Shown here piece after piece: positions 9,527-17,857 of a stretch of DNA of 38,646 bases. The number at the start of each line of letters is the position of its first letter. The first letter of the stretch is position 1. Below the pieces are notes generated by a model. The model had not been told where the DNA came from, did no database searches, and saw only the letters and a program-made list of their open reading frames with translations. The translations under genes were made by a program, and so were the position numbers. The stretch covers positions 1 through 38,646 of the forward strand of contig JAEOUE010000114.1 of NCBI GenBank assembly GCA_016839515.1, in the 5' to 3' direction. Origin of the DNA: Candidatus Hodarchaeum mangrovi. Lineage in GTDB: Archaea > Asgardarchaeota > Heimdallarchaeia > Hodarchaeales > Hodarchaeaceae.

Positions 9527-10084
9527 GTGTGGAAATCAAAAGTTGAACAGAATCAGGATTCGTTAACGATTAGTCCAAGTTTTTCACGCATTCTTCAGTT
9601 TCAATTTCCAAGCTTTCTCCTTTTAATCATAAGTTTTTTCCTTTTTATCATTGGAATAGATAAAATTACTGGAGAGGCATCAAGGAATGATTTATTAGGT
9701 GTAAGTTTACCCTTTATTATAGGATCGGTATTTTTGATCTTAGCTTTCAAATTTATATTAGGCCCTTTGCGGTCAAAAATGACTATCTCTGAGACAGGAG
9801 TTACTTGGACACATATTATGACATCCAGAATTATCAAATGGTCTGAAATCTCTACTATTACAATAATTTATTGCTACTGGTTACTTGAAGGAAAAAATCA
9901 CACTTGGTTGAAAGAATTTCGTATTCGCTTGAAGAATCAAACCATAATTAAATTGGATTTGATTTATTATTCAAAAAGCCAACGAATCTACATTAAAAAT
10001 ACCTTTAAATCGTTTATCCGCAGATTCTCAGATATTAATTTGACAGTTGATTATGAAAAACGAGCAAAATTTTCTTTTAACTGA
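9527..10084 (+). CDS. 2-TM membrane protein with C-terminal bacterial-type PH-like domain
   Basis: Two TM helices, then MTISETGVTWTHIMTSRIIKWSEISTITI, which fits the bPH pattern (GI/V...IxWxxIxxI). Confidence 0.6.
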   Translation: MWKSKVEQNQDSLTISPSFSRILQFQFPSFLLLIISFFLFIIGIDKITGEASRNDLLGVSLPFIIGSVFLILAFKFILGPLRSKMTISETGVTWTHIMTSRIIKWSEISTITIIYCYWLLEGKNHTWLKEFRIRLKNQTIIKLDLIYYSKSQRIYIKNTFKSFIRRFSDINLTVDYEKRAKFSFN

Positions 10085-10207
10085 AATACACTGTGGCAGG
10101 TTATAATATTTTCTGGGTTGATTTGGCCCGAGGAACACCAGGTAGCATTATAAAAAGAACTATACAGCAGTTTTAACTTTGGAAACAAAAAACGTCTTTT
10201 ATGTGTA

Positions 10208-11080
10208 ATGATTAATTTAAAAGCATTGGAGATCTATCCTATATTGGCTTTCAATATGCGACTCCCTTCAAAATTAACTATTGCTAGTTATCCAGGTGCT
10301 AAAAACAATACAAAAAAACATAGGTCTTTATTCAGTTTAGTCCCACCAAGAATCCCCTTTTTAATTGAACCCTTCACTGGATTGGCCAATTTCTTTATTA
10401 GGATTTCACCTCAAGTTGAACAAGCTTGGTTGAATGATAAAGATCAAGAAATTTTTGCTTTACTCAAATGTATTCAGGATTCCGACCTTTTAAAGGAATT
10501 AAATGAATATATCAATGTACTCCCCTTTGTTGAACGTGAAGATTATTACCAATGGAAGAAGAAAGTATCGACTTCTTTATTAGAACAAGCAATAAAACGT
10601 CTAATAATTTTGAATTGTTCTCCAAATGGGGCTGGAGGAGGATATAGCTTTGAAAAAGCTCATTCTAATTGGTATATTACTAAGCCCGATAAACTGAGGT
10701 TAATTAATAGGATATTCAATCGTAAATCAGTAAATATAACCAATTTGGACTATTCTGAAGTTTTTAAACAACAAGCTACAGCTATAACTGATCAAGACCC
10801 ATTTTGGTATCTTGATCCTCCTTATTATGATTCAACAAAAAAGGGAAATTTGTATGGAAAAGGGATGAATAATATTGATTGGCCAACTTTAAAATCATAT
10901 CTTGGGGAACTCTCCGATTTATGGATTCTATCTAATCGGGATTCCATTTTTATACGAGATCTATTCGCAGAATTTTATATGTATAGTTACATCACTTATA
11001 GTGGTCCGAATAATACATTTCGTCGTAATACCGAGTTAATAATCAGTAATTACCCTATTAAACTGAGATTTCAGCATTGA
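10208..11080 (+). CDS. DNA adenine methyltransferase, Dam/D12-like (group alpha)
   Basis: Motif X YPGAK, motif I IEPFTG, motif II LNDKD, motif IV YLDPPYY, WILSN, C-terminal ELIISNY. Start may be the ATG at 10256. Confidence 0.88.
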   Translation: MINLKALEIYPILAFNMRLPSKLTIASYPGAKNNTKKHRSLFSLVPPRIPFLIEPFTGLANFFIRISPQVEQAWLNDKDQEIFALLKCIQDSDLLKELNEYINVLPFVEREDYYQWKKKVSTSLLEQAIKRLIILNCSPNGAGGGYSFEKAHSNWYITKPDKLRLINRIFNRKSVNITNLDYSEVFKQQATAITDQDPFWYLDPPYYDSTKKGNLYGKGMNNIDWPTLKSYLGELSDLWILSNRDSIFIRDLFAEFYMYSYITYSGPNNTFRRNTELIISNYPIKLRFQH

Positions 11081-11140
11081 ACTCGTAATTTTCACTCTCT
11101 GGGCCTTTTCATTGAGGAATTTTTCATTATTGATTGTATA

Positions 11141-12049
11141 TCAGCTTAGGAGACCTTCACGATCGAAAAGTTTCGAAGCTAACCATAAGACAATCACTAT
11201 TACGAAGAAAATGTTAATCATGTGAAAAATTACATCAAACCAAACATTTCCTAATAACAAGTAATCATTTGTAGAAAAATAATTTGGTAGCATAGCTTTC
11301 TGAAAAATTGCTAGGGCATGTTCCCAAGGGATTAGGTATAGCAAAAGTGGTAAACTTGAGTTCCAAGTTCCACTCATTACTTCAGGTATACCTGTAAATA
11401 GGTTTATAGTAAGAAAAAAGAGAAGTGGGAACATTAAAAAGGAAAATAATTGCCTTGATGTTTCTGCACTTTTTGCAAGAGAAGCAACAGAGATTCCTAT
11501 TCCTAAATTCAAAAGTGTACAAAGAAATAATGTTAAGGTAAGTGCTGGAATCAAACTCACAGGAACATTTATCGAAAACACAATAGAGTTCCAACCATTT
11601 GCTGGAGCGATAATGCTATTCGTGATATCTAGGTAGAGTATAAAACAAACAAGATTTATAACTACTGAAATCAGTCCCAAAACAGCTCCAGCTAAAAACT
11701 TAGCCTGTAATATTTTATGTCGAGATATAGGAAGACTTAATAAAGATTCCATGGTTTTATTTTGTATTTCTCCTGCAAAAGAAGCAGAAACAAACGGAAT
11801 GATTGTGATCGATGCCACAATAATAGCGATCATTAACGGCATTCCTAAATCAATTAAAATTGTTTCATCTAATTGGACATCTATACTTGCACTACCTCCC
11901 TCAGCTATTCCTAATCGTAATAAGGGTAAGATTATTTGGAATCCCCACATAATGATTGGCATAAGAATTACCATCATCATAATTCCACGTGTTCGTCGAG
12001 CAGTTTGTAACTCCCGTTTGAATAAATAGTTTAATTGTCGATATGTCAT
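11141..12049 (-). CDS. ABC-2 type transporter permease (NatB-like)
   Basis: LFKRELQT start, FAGEIQNKTMESLLSLPISRHKILQAKF loop, 6 TM, ends LFDREGLL. Confidence 0.88.
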   Translation of the reverse strand: MTYRQLNYLFKRELQTARRTRGIMMMVILMPIIMWGFQIILPLLRLGIAEGGSASIDVQLDETILIDLGMPLMIAIIVASITIIPFVSASFAGEIQNKTMESLLSLPISRHKILQAKFLAGAVLGLISVVINLVCFILYLDITNSIIAPANGWNSIVFSINVPVSLIPALTLTLFLCTLLNLGIGISVASLAKSAETSRQLFSFLMFPLLFFLTINLFTGIPEVMSGTWNSSLPLLLYLIPWEHALAIFQKAMLPNYFSTNDYLLLGNVWFDVIFHMINIFFVIVIVLWLASKLFDREGLLS

Positions 12050-12062
12050 TTTAATTTCTCTC

Positions 12063-12824
12063 CTAGGTCTTTATCGTTGCTTCTAATCTTGCTTTTCTTA
12101 CCAGCTTTGTGTATACATCCTTGATGTCTTGGACATTGTGTTCTACTTCAAGATCAGCTGGTGTTCCTAGTGCAATAATTCTTCCGTTTACAATAATAGC
12201 CACACGATCGCAGAGTTCATTAATATCTGTAAGATCATGGGTAGTTAAAAAAATCGATTTATTCTGGGAGCTTAAGTTCTGAATGAGAGTTCTAATTGTT
12301 TGAGCTCCAAGTATATCGATTCCTGTAGTAGGTTCATCAAGAAAAATAAGATCTGGATCCGTAATTAAAGTTGATGCAACCATGACTCGTCTTTTCATTC
12401 CACCACTGAAGGTTTTTGTCAGTTCGTGTTGACGATCAACTAGTTCCACAACTTCTAAAAGTTCATCAGTTCTTTTTTCTAATTCTTCTTTTGGAATAAC
12501 ATCACCAGAATGAATTCCTCCTTGATAAAGAATATTTTCACGAGCTGTCAACATTTCAACACAGTTTGCTTCTTGCGGAAGTAAGGAGGAACGTTTTCGG
12601 ATTTCATACATATCTCGTACTATATCATACTGATTAAAGAGGGTAGCACTTCCACTTGTGGGCCTAATTAATCCAAGTAAACATCGAATCAAGGTAGTTT
12701 TTCCTGATCCATTGGGCCCAAGCAATCCAAATATTTCTCCTCTTTTTACAGTCAAAGAAACTTCTTGCAAAGCAATAGTGTTTCTAAAACGTTTAGAAAG
12801 ATTGTTTATTTCAATAACATACAT
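12063..12824 (-). CDS. ABC transporter ATP-binding protein
   Basis: Walker A GPNGSGKTT, signature FSGGMKRR, Walker B IFLDEPTTG, H-loop TTH. Confidence 0.95.
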   Translation of the reverse strand: MYVIEINNLSKRFRNTIALQEVSLTVKRGEIFGLLGPNGSGKTTLIRCLLGLIRPTSGSATLFNQYDIVRDMYEIRKRSSLLPQEANCVEMLTARENILYQGGIHSGDVIPKEELEKRTDELLEVVELVDRQHELTKTFSGGMKRRVMVASTLITDPDLIFLDEPTTGIDILGAQTIRTLIQNLSSQNKSIFLTTHDLTDINELCDRVAIIVNGRIIALGTPADLEVEHNVQDIKDVYTKLVRKARLEATIKT

Positions 12825-13133
12825 TTAAAATCGCTTCTTTTTTTCGTGGGTGAAGAATCTTGTAATTAATGTGTAATATTGAAGAAGAGCCTCTTCTCCT
12901 TTCTCTGTTGTAACATATTCTATAGTTCCAAAATTATTTAGTTCTTTAATTAAGCCTCGTGAAATTAAGAATTGAATCGCACCTTTAAAGGTGCTTGTTT
13001 TGATTCTTAAGTTTGCTCGAAGCCAAGTTTGAGTTCTAGGAGTTCTTACGCATGTTTCCAAGAATTCTGACCAGATTTCGAATCGAGAACGACGAGAGGA
13101 ATAATAAGTAGGAGAGCGATCTTTTTCTGACAT
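12825..13133 (-). CDS. Archaeal winged helix-turn-helix protein (HTH_45-like)
   Basis: RRSRFEIWSEFLE...TQTWL...ANL...FLISRGLI...YVTTEKGEEAL pattern. Confidence 0.8.
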   Translation of the reverse strand: MSEKDRSPTYYSSRRSRFEIWSEFLETCVRTPRTQTWLRANLRIKTSTFKGAIQFLISRGLIKELNNFGTIEYVTTEKGEEALLQYYTLITRFFTHEKKKRF

Positions 13134-13135
13134 AA

Positions 13136-13840
13136 TTATGTCTCCTCAACATCGATAAAAGGTAGTGATTCAAGACTTTCAGCCCAAAAACGTAATTCTT
13201 CAAATGTCCTTATCCATTGTTGAAAATTTTCTCTGGCTTTTAACCCATGCCACACCATTGCTCCATAAGTAAGAAAGACGCCAATATATGAGATTAAAAG
13301 CCAAAATAATGTGTCAAATGTTTGTGGATCAATAAAAATAACAAAAATAATATGGTTAATAATTAATATTATAATCCCAATAATTAATTGAATTATCCAT
13401 CCTTTTGACAGATATAATCTTGGAGTTATTGATACAGATGAATCCTTTAAAGGATAATAGAGCATAGAATGTATCTGACTAATATAAGACGTTATCCCTT
13501 CATAGATCCCTAAGTGTTCTTGAGCAGGTTTCATTCCTATTAATTTAAATCGTGAATCTAATTCCCTCCAAAAAGGAAAAAGAATTCGAATATTATTCAA
13601 TGCAACAAGAACCAAGATAAATGTGTTAAATGAAATAAAAAATATATCAAATGATTCAAACTGTTCTCCTATAAGAAAGAACGTTGAAAGAAATAATAAA
13701 TACATGATTATAACATAAAGGCTCGAAAATAGTTGTTTATTGATCAATTTATGCCCTTTTTGGAGGGTTTGTATCAATTCATTCTGTTTCTCGGATAGCC
13801 CATTTCTCTCGCTTTTCTGATTTCTCACTGACAACACCAA
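13136..13840 (-). CDS. Hypothetical 4-TM membrane protein
   Basis: Two TM hairpins; ends 2 bp before the wHTH gene (operon-like); TTG start. Confidence 0.7.
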   Translation of the reverse strand: MVLSVRNQKSERNGLSEKQNELIQTLQKGHKLINKQLFSSLYVIIMYLLFLSTFFLIGEQFESFDIFFISFNTFILVLVALNNIRILFPFWRELDSRFKLIGMKPAQEHLGIYEGITSYISQIHSMLYYPLKDSSVSITPRLYLSKGWIIQLIIGIIILIINHIIFVIFIDPQTFDTLFWLLISYIGVFLTYGAMVWHGLKARENFQQWIRTFEELRFWAESLESLPFIDVEET

Positions 13841-13974
13841 ATAACCTTAAATATTACTAGTATTTAATACAGAAGGGACTTAAAGACCCTGCTCAAAAAA
13901 GTCAGGCTGTGACACTGAAAATCAATTAAGAAAGTTTAAGATGAATTTAATCTTATAATTTATCTCATAAAGAT

Positions 13975-14370
13975 ATGAAAGTGATCTTTCATTATGGAAA
14001 AGTAACTATACACATTTTTAAAAAATCTTTTACAATTTCCCCGCCAAAATGCTCGTCACTTGGTTTTATTTTCAGTATTCAGAAAAAATAGTTTGCAAAT
14101 TTAGGAGATACAATATTTTTACCAGAATGGAAAATTAATCCTCCATTTAAACACCCTGATATCTTGATGATCCCTGTTGGAGGTCAAATGACAATGGGAC
14201 CACAAGATGGAGTAGATTTTGTCGAATTTGTCCAACCAAAAATGGTTATTCCATGTCACTATAATTGGGATATTTTATTTTATAAAAGGAAGACAGATGT
14301 TTCAAATCTTAGAAATCTCGGTGAAAAAATGGATATCCTCTTTAAGGAGATGTATCTGTGTGAACAATAG
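13975..14370 (+). pseudogene. Remnant of an MBL-fold metallo-hydrolase (UPF0173/UlaG-like C-terminal half) with in-frame TAG at 14089-14091
   Basis: One frame from ATG 13975 reads ...SLGFIFSIQKK*FANLGDT...PDILMIPVGGQMTMGP...QPKMVIPCHYN. The HxHxDH motif is absent. Confidence 0.7.
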
Positions 14371-14558
14371 GTATTTTAATTTATCGAATTTTCTAGAAAA
14401 CATCAGTAATATTTGCACTAAAAATACCTAGTATAGCGTAAAAACATCATTAAAATTTATTTTATAAACCGTTTATTCTTAATAATACTCTTTTTGCCGT
14501 TATCAATTCGTTCTAAAAGAAATTTTTTATTAGAAAAGGAGGAATAGGAGAGACGATC

Positions 14559-15350
14559 ATGAATAAAGAAACTCCTTATCTCCAACAACTTACTAATAAT
14601 ATTTTGTATTTTCCTGGACATGCAAATATTACTGTATTAAACTTAGGAAAAACAAGTTTAATGATTGAGTGTGGGAGAAATATTGTAGAAACTGCTGAGA
14701 TTCGAAAACAGGCTGAAAATATTCTTAAAAATAAGATAAAATATGTTGCTATAACACATTTTCATTCTGATCATACTCACAGTATGCCATTAGTTGAAGA
14801 CTGTCAAATTATTGCATCAAAAAAGTCACTTGAGTTTTTAAAAGCAGCGAAGCGTACACCAGTGAAAAATTCCCGATTGATCTTTCCAAATACTATTTTT
14901 GAGAACCAATTTATCCTTAAAGAAGGGAATTTTGAAGTCATTATTAAAAAAACAGGTGGACACACCGCTGATTCTAGTTATATTTATTCTTCTCAACATA
15001 AATTGCTTGCTACAGGTGATAATCTACGTTCTGATTTTCTCTGGGGAGGACGAGGAGGGAATCCAGAGGACTGGATTTCTGCTTTGAAAGAATATGTATC
15101 TCTTGATCCTGAATACATCATCATTGGTCATGGTGAGATTATGACAAAGGATGAAGTTAGTGCTATTCTTTCGTATGTTCTTGAGGTTAATCAGCTTCTT
15201 ATCACTCTTTCAAAGGAATCTCTTAAAGAATCTGAGATTCTCCCCAAAATACAAGAAATCAAACCACATGGGAAGTTCAAAGTTTTTATTCATGAAAGTA
15301 CAGTCATTCAATGGTGTAAATATTACCTTAAAAATACTCAGAAAGGCTAA
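14559..15350 (+). CDS. MBL-fold metallo-hydrolase (glyoxylase/cyclase-like)
   Basis: THFHSDH, GGHT, ATGD, IIGHG motifs; AGGAG upstream. Confidence 0.9.
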   Translation: MNKETPYLQQLTNNILYFPGHANITVLNLGKTSLMIECGRNIVETAEIRKQAENILKNKIKYVAITHFHSDHTHSMPLVEDCQIIASKKSLEFLKAAKRTPVKNSRLIFPNTIFENQFILKEGNFEVIIKKTGGHTADSSYIYSSQHKLLATGDNLRSDFLWGGRGGNPEDWISALKEYVSLDPEYIIIGHGEIMTKDEVSAILSYVLEVNQLLITLSKESLKESEILPKIQEIKPHGKFKVFIHESTVIQWCKYYLKNTQKG

Positions 15351-15360
15351 TTATAATATC

Positions 15361-15382
15361 AACCACTTTTTAGATTGTGGTT
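15361..15382. terminator. Short hairpin between convergent genes, possible terminator
   Basis: AACCAC-N10-GTGGTT in the 57-bp gap between two stop codons. Confidence 0.25.
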
Positions 15383-15407
15383 CGATGAAAAGAGATTATT
15401 AATTATT

Positions 15408-17744
15408 TTATGACCGTTCAGAGGAAATTTCAACTAATACTTCCTCAAATTTCTCCATAAAGTATTTTGCATTTCCTAGTTCAATACACATTGGAGGTTT
15501 GATTTTTAATACATTTTTGTCATTACCAATCAGTATTCCATGATTTTTTATTTTTTCGACTATTTTTTCAGCTTCTTTAATAGCTGGTTCAAGTGTTTTA
15601 ACATCTTTAATAAGATCTACCCCTAGAAATAATCCAGAACCCCTAACATCTCCTATTATGAAATATTTTTCTTTTAATTCTTCTAATTTCTCAATTATAT
15701 ATTTTCCCACCTTTAACGCATTCTCCTGTAATTTTTCTTCTTTAATAACATCTAATACAGCTATTCCAACAACACATGAAACTGTATTCCCTCCTGTTGT
15801 ACTAAAGAACTCCATTCCATTATTAAATGATTCAGCTATTTCCTTTGTTGTCACTACTGCGCCAATAGGATGACCATTTCCAATCGGTTTTCCTAATGTA
15901 ACAATATCTGGAATAATATCATATAACTCAAATGCCCAAAAGTGGCTACCTACTCTTCCAAATCCTACTTGAACCTCATCAGCTATACATACTCCTCCAT
16001 TTTCATGTATAAAATTAAAGATATGATGAAGATAGTCTTTTGGATATATTATTTGTCCAGCTGACCCCATTATAGACTCAAAGATAAATGCAGCAATCTT
16101 TTTCCCATGTATTACAGTTTTCACATCTTCTGCATATTTTTTCCCTGCATCGGGGTCAGATGCCTGATAGGGTCCTCGATAAATGTCTGGGATCTTTATT
16201 GTATGAACATAATTAGGTGCTCCTCTTCCACCTTTTCCACTAAATTTGTAATGACTAATATTTATTAATTCTCCAGTATTACCATGATAAGCTCCTTCCA
16301 TCGCTACAATATCTTTACGATTCGTATGAGTTCTTGCCAATCTCAGTGCTAATTCATTTGCTTCACTACCACTGTTTACGAAGTAGCACACTTCTAACTT
16401 ATCGGGTAATGTTGAACATAATCTTTCTGCATAGTTCACAAGTTCTTCTTGTAAATATCTGGTATTTGTGTTTAATGTTGCAGCTTGTTTCTGTAATGCC
16501 CATACGACTTTTGGATGTGCATGTCCTACATGTGGAACATTATTTCTCATATCTAAGTATGCTTTTCCTTTTTCGTCATATAAGTATTGCATAAACCCTT
16601 TAATTATCTTTAATGGTTTTTTATAAGAAATGCTAAGGTTTTTTCCAATAAATTTATCCCTTTTTTCTAATATTTCATTATTGATTAATTTAGAAAACGT
16701 TACTTCATTTTTAAATGGTGATATTCCACAGACATACTTAAAAACATAAGAAGCATGGTTAGGGGTAATTTTGTGAAATTTAAATAATGTTTCCCAAGCG
16801 GGTTGTTCACTTATTCTCAAATATTCATTATTTGGTTCCAGATTCTTTTGATAACCACTAATGGCTACACTTAAGGTCAATCGCATGCATATTAGAATGA
16901 ATAGCAGATCAAGCTCTTCCTCTCTGAGAGGAATAAGCGTATTATACCCTTTTACAATTATTGAAGCAAGATACAATGGATTTTCTTTATTAATAATCGC
17001 ATATGCAATTGCTATAGCTAGTTCAAAAATTGTGTATGAATAAACCATATCTCCAAAATCAATTATACCTAATCTATCCAATCCGAGTTGTGATTGATTG
17101 ACAACTATGTTATAATCATTTGCATCATTATGGATAATACTCTGCTTTAATTCGGATATAATTGGTACGACTTGTGTATTATAGAGATTTAAAAAATATT
17201 TGATTATGGTTACTTTATTCTTATCTTTTTGGTATTCTAAAAATTTTTTTATCACGGATGGGCTATTTTTTAGATCCCAATGGAAATCTCTTTTAGCTGA
17301 TGGATGGAAAAATCCTTCTAGCGATCGTGTTAAAGTTGCTATAAATCGTCCTAAGTCATAATAGAGATCAATGGTTGGAGCTTTTATATCGCCCCATATT
17401 TGACCTGGAATATAAGTTAATAATCTGATAAAGTGTTTGATACCATTTTTGTCTTTAATTACTGTTATTTGTTCTTTTTCTTTTGATAATATTACTTCGG
17501 GACAAATAACCTTATTCTTCAAATAGTCCATGACACTGTTTTGAAATAATAAATTTTCTTTTGTTTCAGAGGAAGCAGCAATTTTAAGAATAAAAAATTC
17601 TTTATTCAGACCTTTGAGTAAAAAATTTAAATCTCTCTCACTAGGTAGAGGTTTAATATCTCCAATTACCGCAAAATGATCTTTTGCTAATTGTAATGCT
17701 TTATCTTCAGAAATTTTTGGTCGATACTCGTCAATCTTTGACAA
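15408..17744 (-). CDS. Fusion of APH-type phosphotransferase (hydroxylysine kinase-like) and class III PLP enzyme (AGXT2L/PHYKPL/ETNPPL-like phospho-lyase)
   Basis: N half: SERDLNF, IIHNDANDYN, GIIDFGD. C half: NNVPHVGH, LNTNTRYL, NSGSEANELALRLAR, IADEVQVGFGRVG, TLGKPIGNGHP (PLP Lys). Confidence 0.9.
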   Translation of the reverse strand: MSKIDEYRPKISEDKALQLAKDHFAVIGDIKPLPSERDLNFLLKGLNKEFFILKIAASSETKENLLFQNSVMDYLKNKVICPEVILSKEKEQITVIKDKNGIKHFIRLLTYIPGQIWGDIKAPTIDLYYDLGRFIATLTRSLEGFFHPSAKRDFHWDLKNSPSVIKKFLEYQKDKNKVTIIKYFLNLYNTQVVPIISELKQSIIHNDANDYNIVVNQSQLGLDRLGIIDFGDMVYSYTIFELAIAIAYAIINKENPLYLASIIVKGYNTLIPLREEELDLLFILICMRLTLSVAISGYQKNLEPNNEYLRISEQPAWETLFKFHKITPNHASYVFKYVCGISPFKNEVTFSKLINNEILEKRDKFIGKNLSISYKKPLKIIKGFMQYLYDEKGKAYLDMRNNVPHVGHAHPKVVWALQKQAATLNTNTRYLQEELVNYAERLCSTLPDKLEVCYFVNSGSEANELALRLARTHTNRKDIVAMEGAYHGNTGELINISHYKFSGKGGRGAPNYVHTIKIPDIYRGPYQASDPDAGKKYAEDVKTVIHGKKIAAFIFESIMGSAGQIIYPKDYLHHIFNFIHENGGVCIADEVQVGFGRVGSHFWAFELYDIIPDIVTLGKPIGNGHPIGAVVTTKEIAESFNNGMEFFSTTGGNTVSCVVGIAVLDVIKEEKLQENALKVGKYIIEKLEELKEKYFIIGDVRGSGLFLGVDLIKDVKTLEPAIKEAEKIVEKIKNHGILIGNDKNVLKIKPPMCIELGNAKYFMEKFEEVLVEISSERS

Positions 17745-17857
17745 ATGTTATTCCTCGGTCAAATCTATGCGTTTTCCTTAAAAAGTTTAAGTTCAAGAAA
17801 TATGCTTTTTAGAAGATCTAAGAAAAATAGAAAATAAAAACTCCCCTATAAAAGATT

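Noticed and set aside
9527-11080. Type II restriction-modification or defence island
   Set aside because: No neighbour shows nuclease motifs, and no integrase, transposase or flanking repeats are visible.
14089-14091. Genome-wide amber recoding or pyrrolysine
   Set aside because: TAG ends many complete genes here (stops at 1167, 12063, 17858, 31768, 31771, 35507), and the interrupted gene also lacks its metal-binding half.
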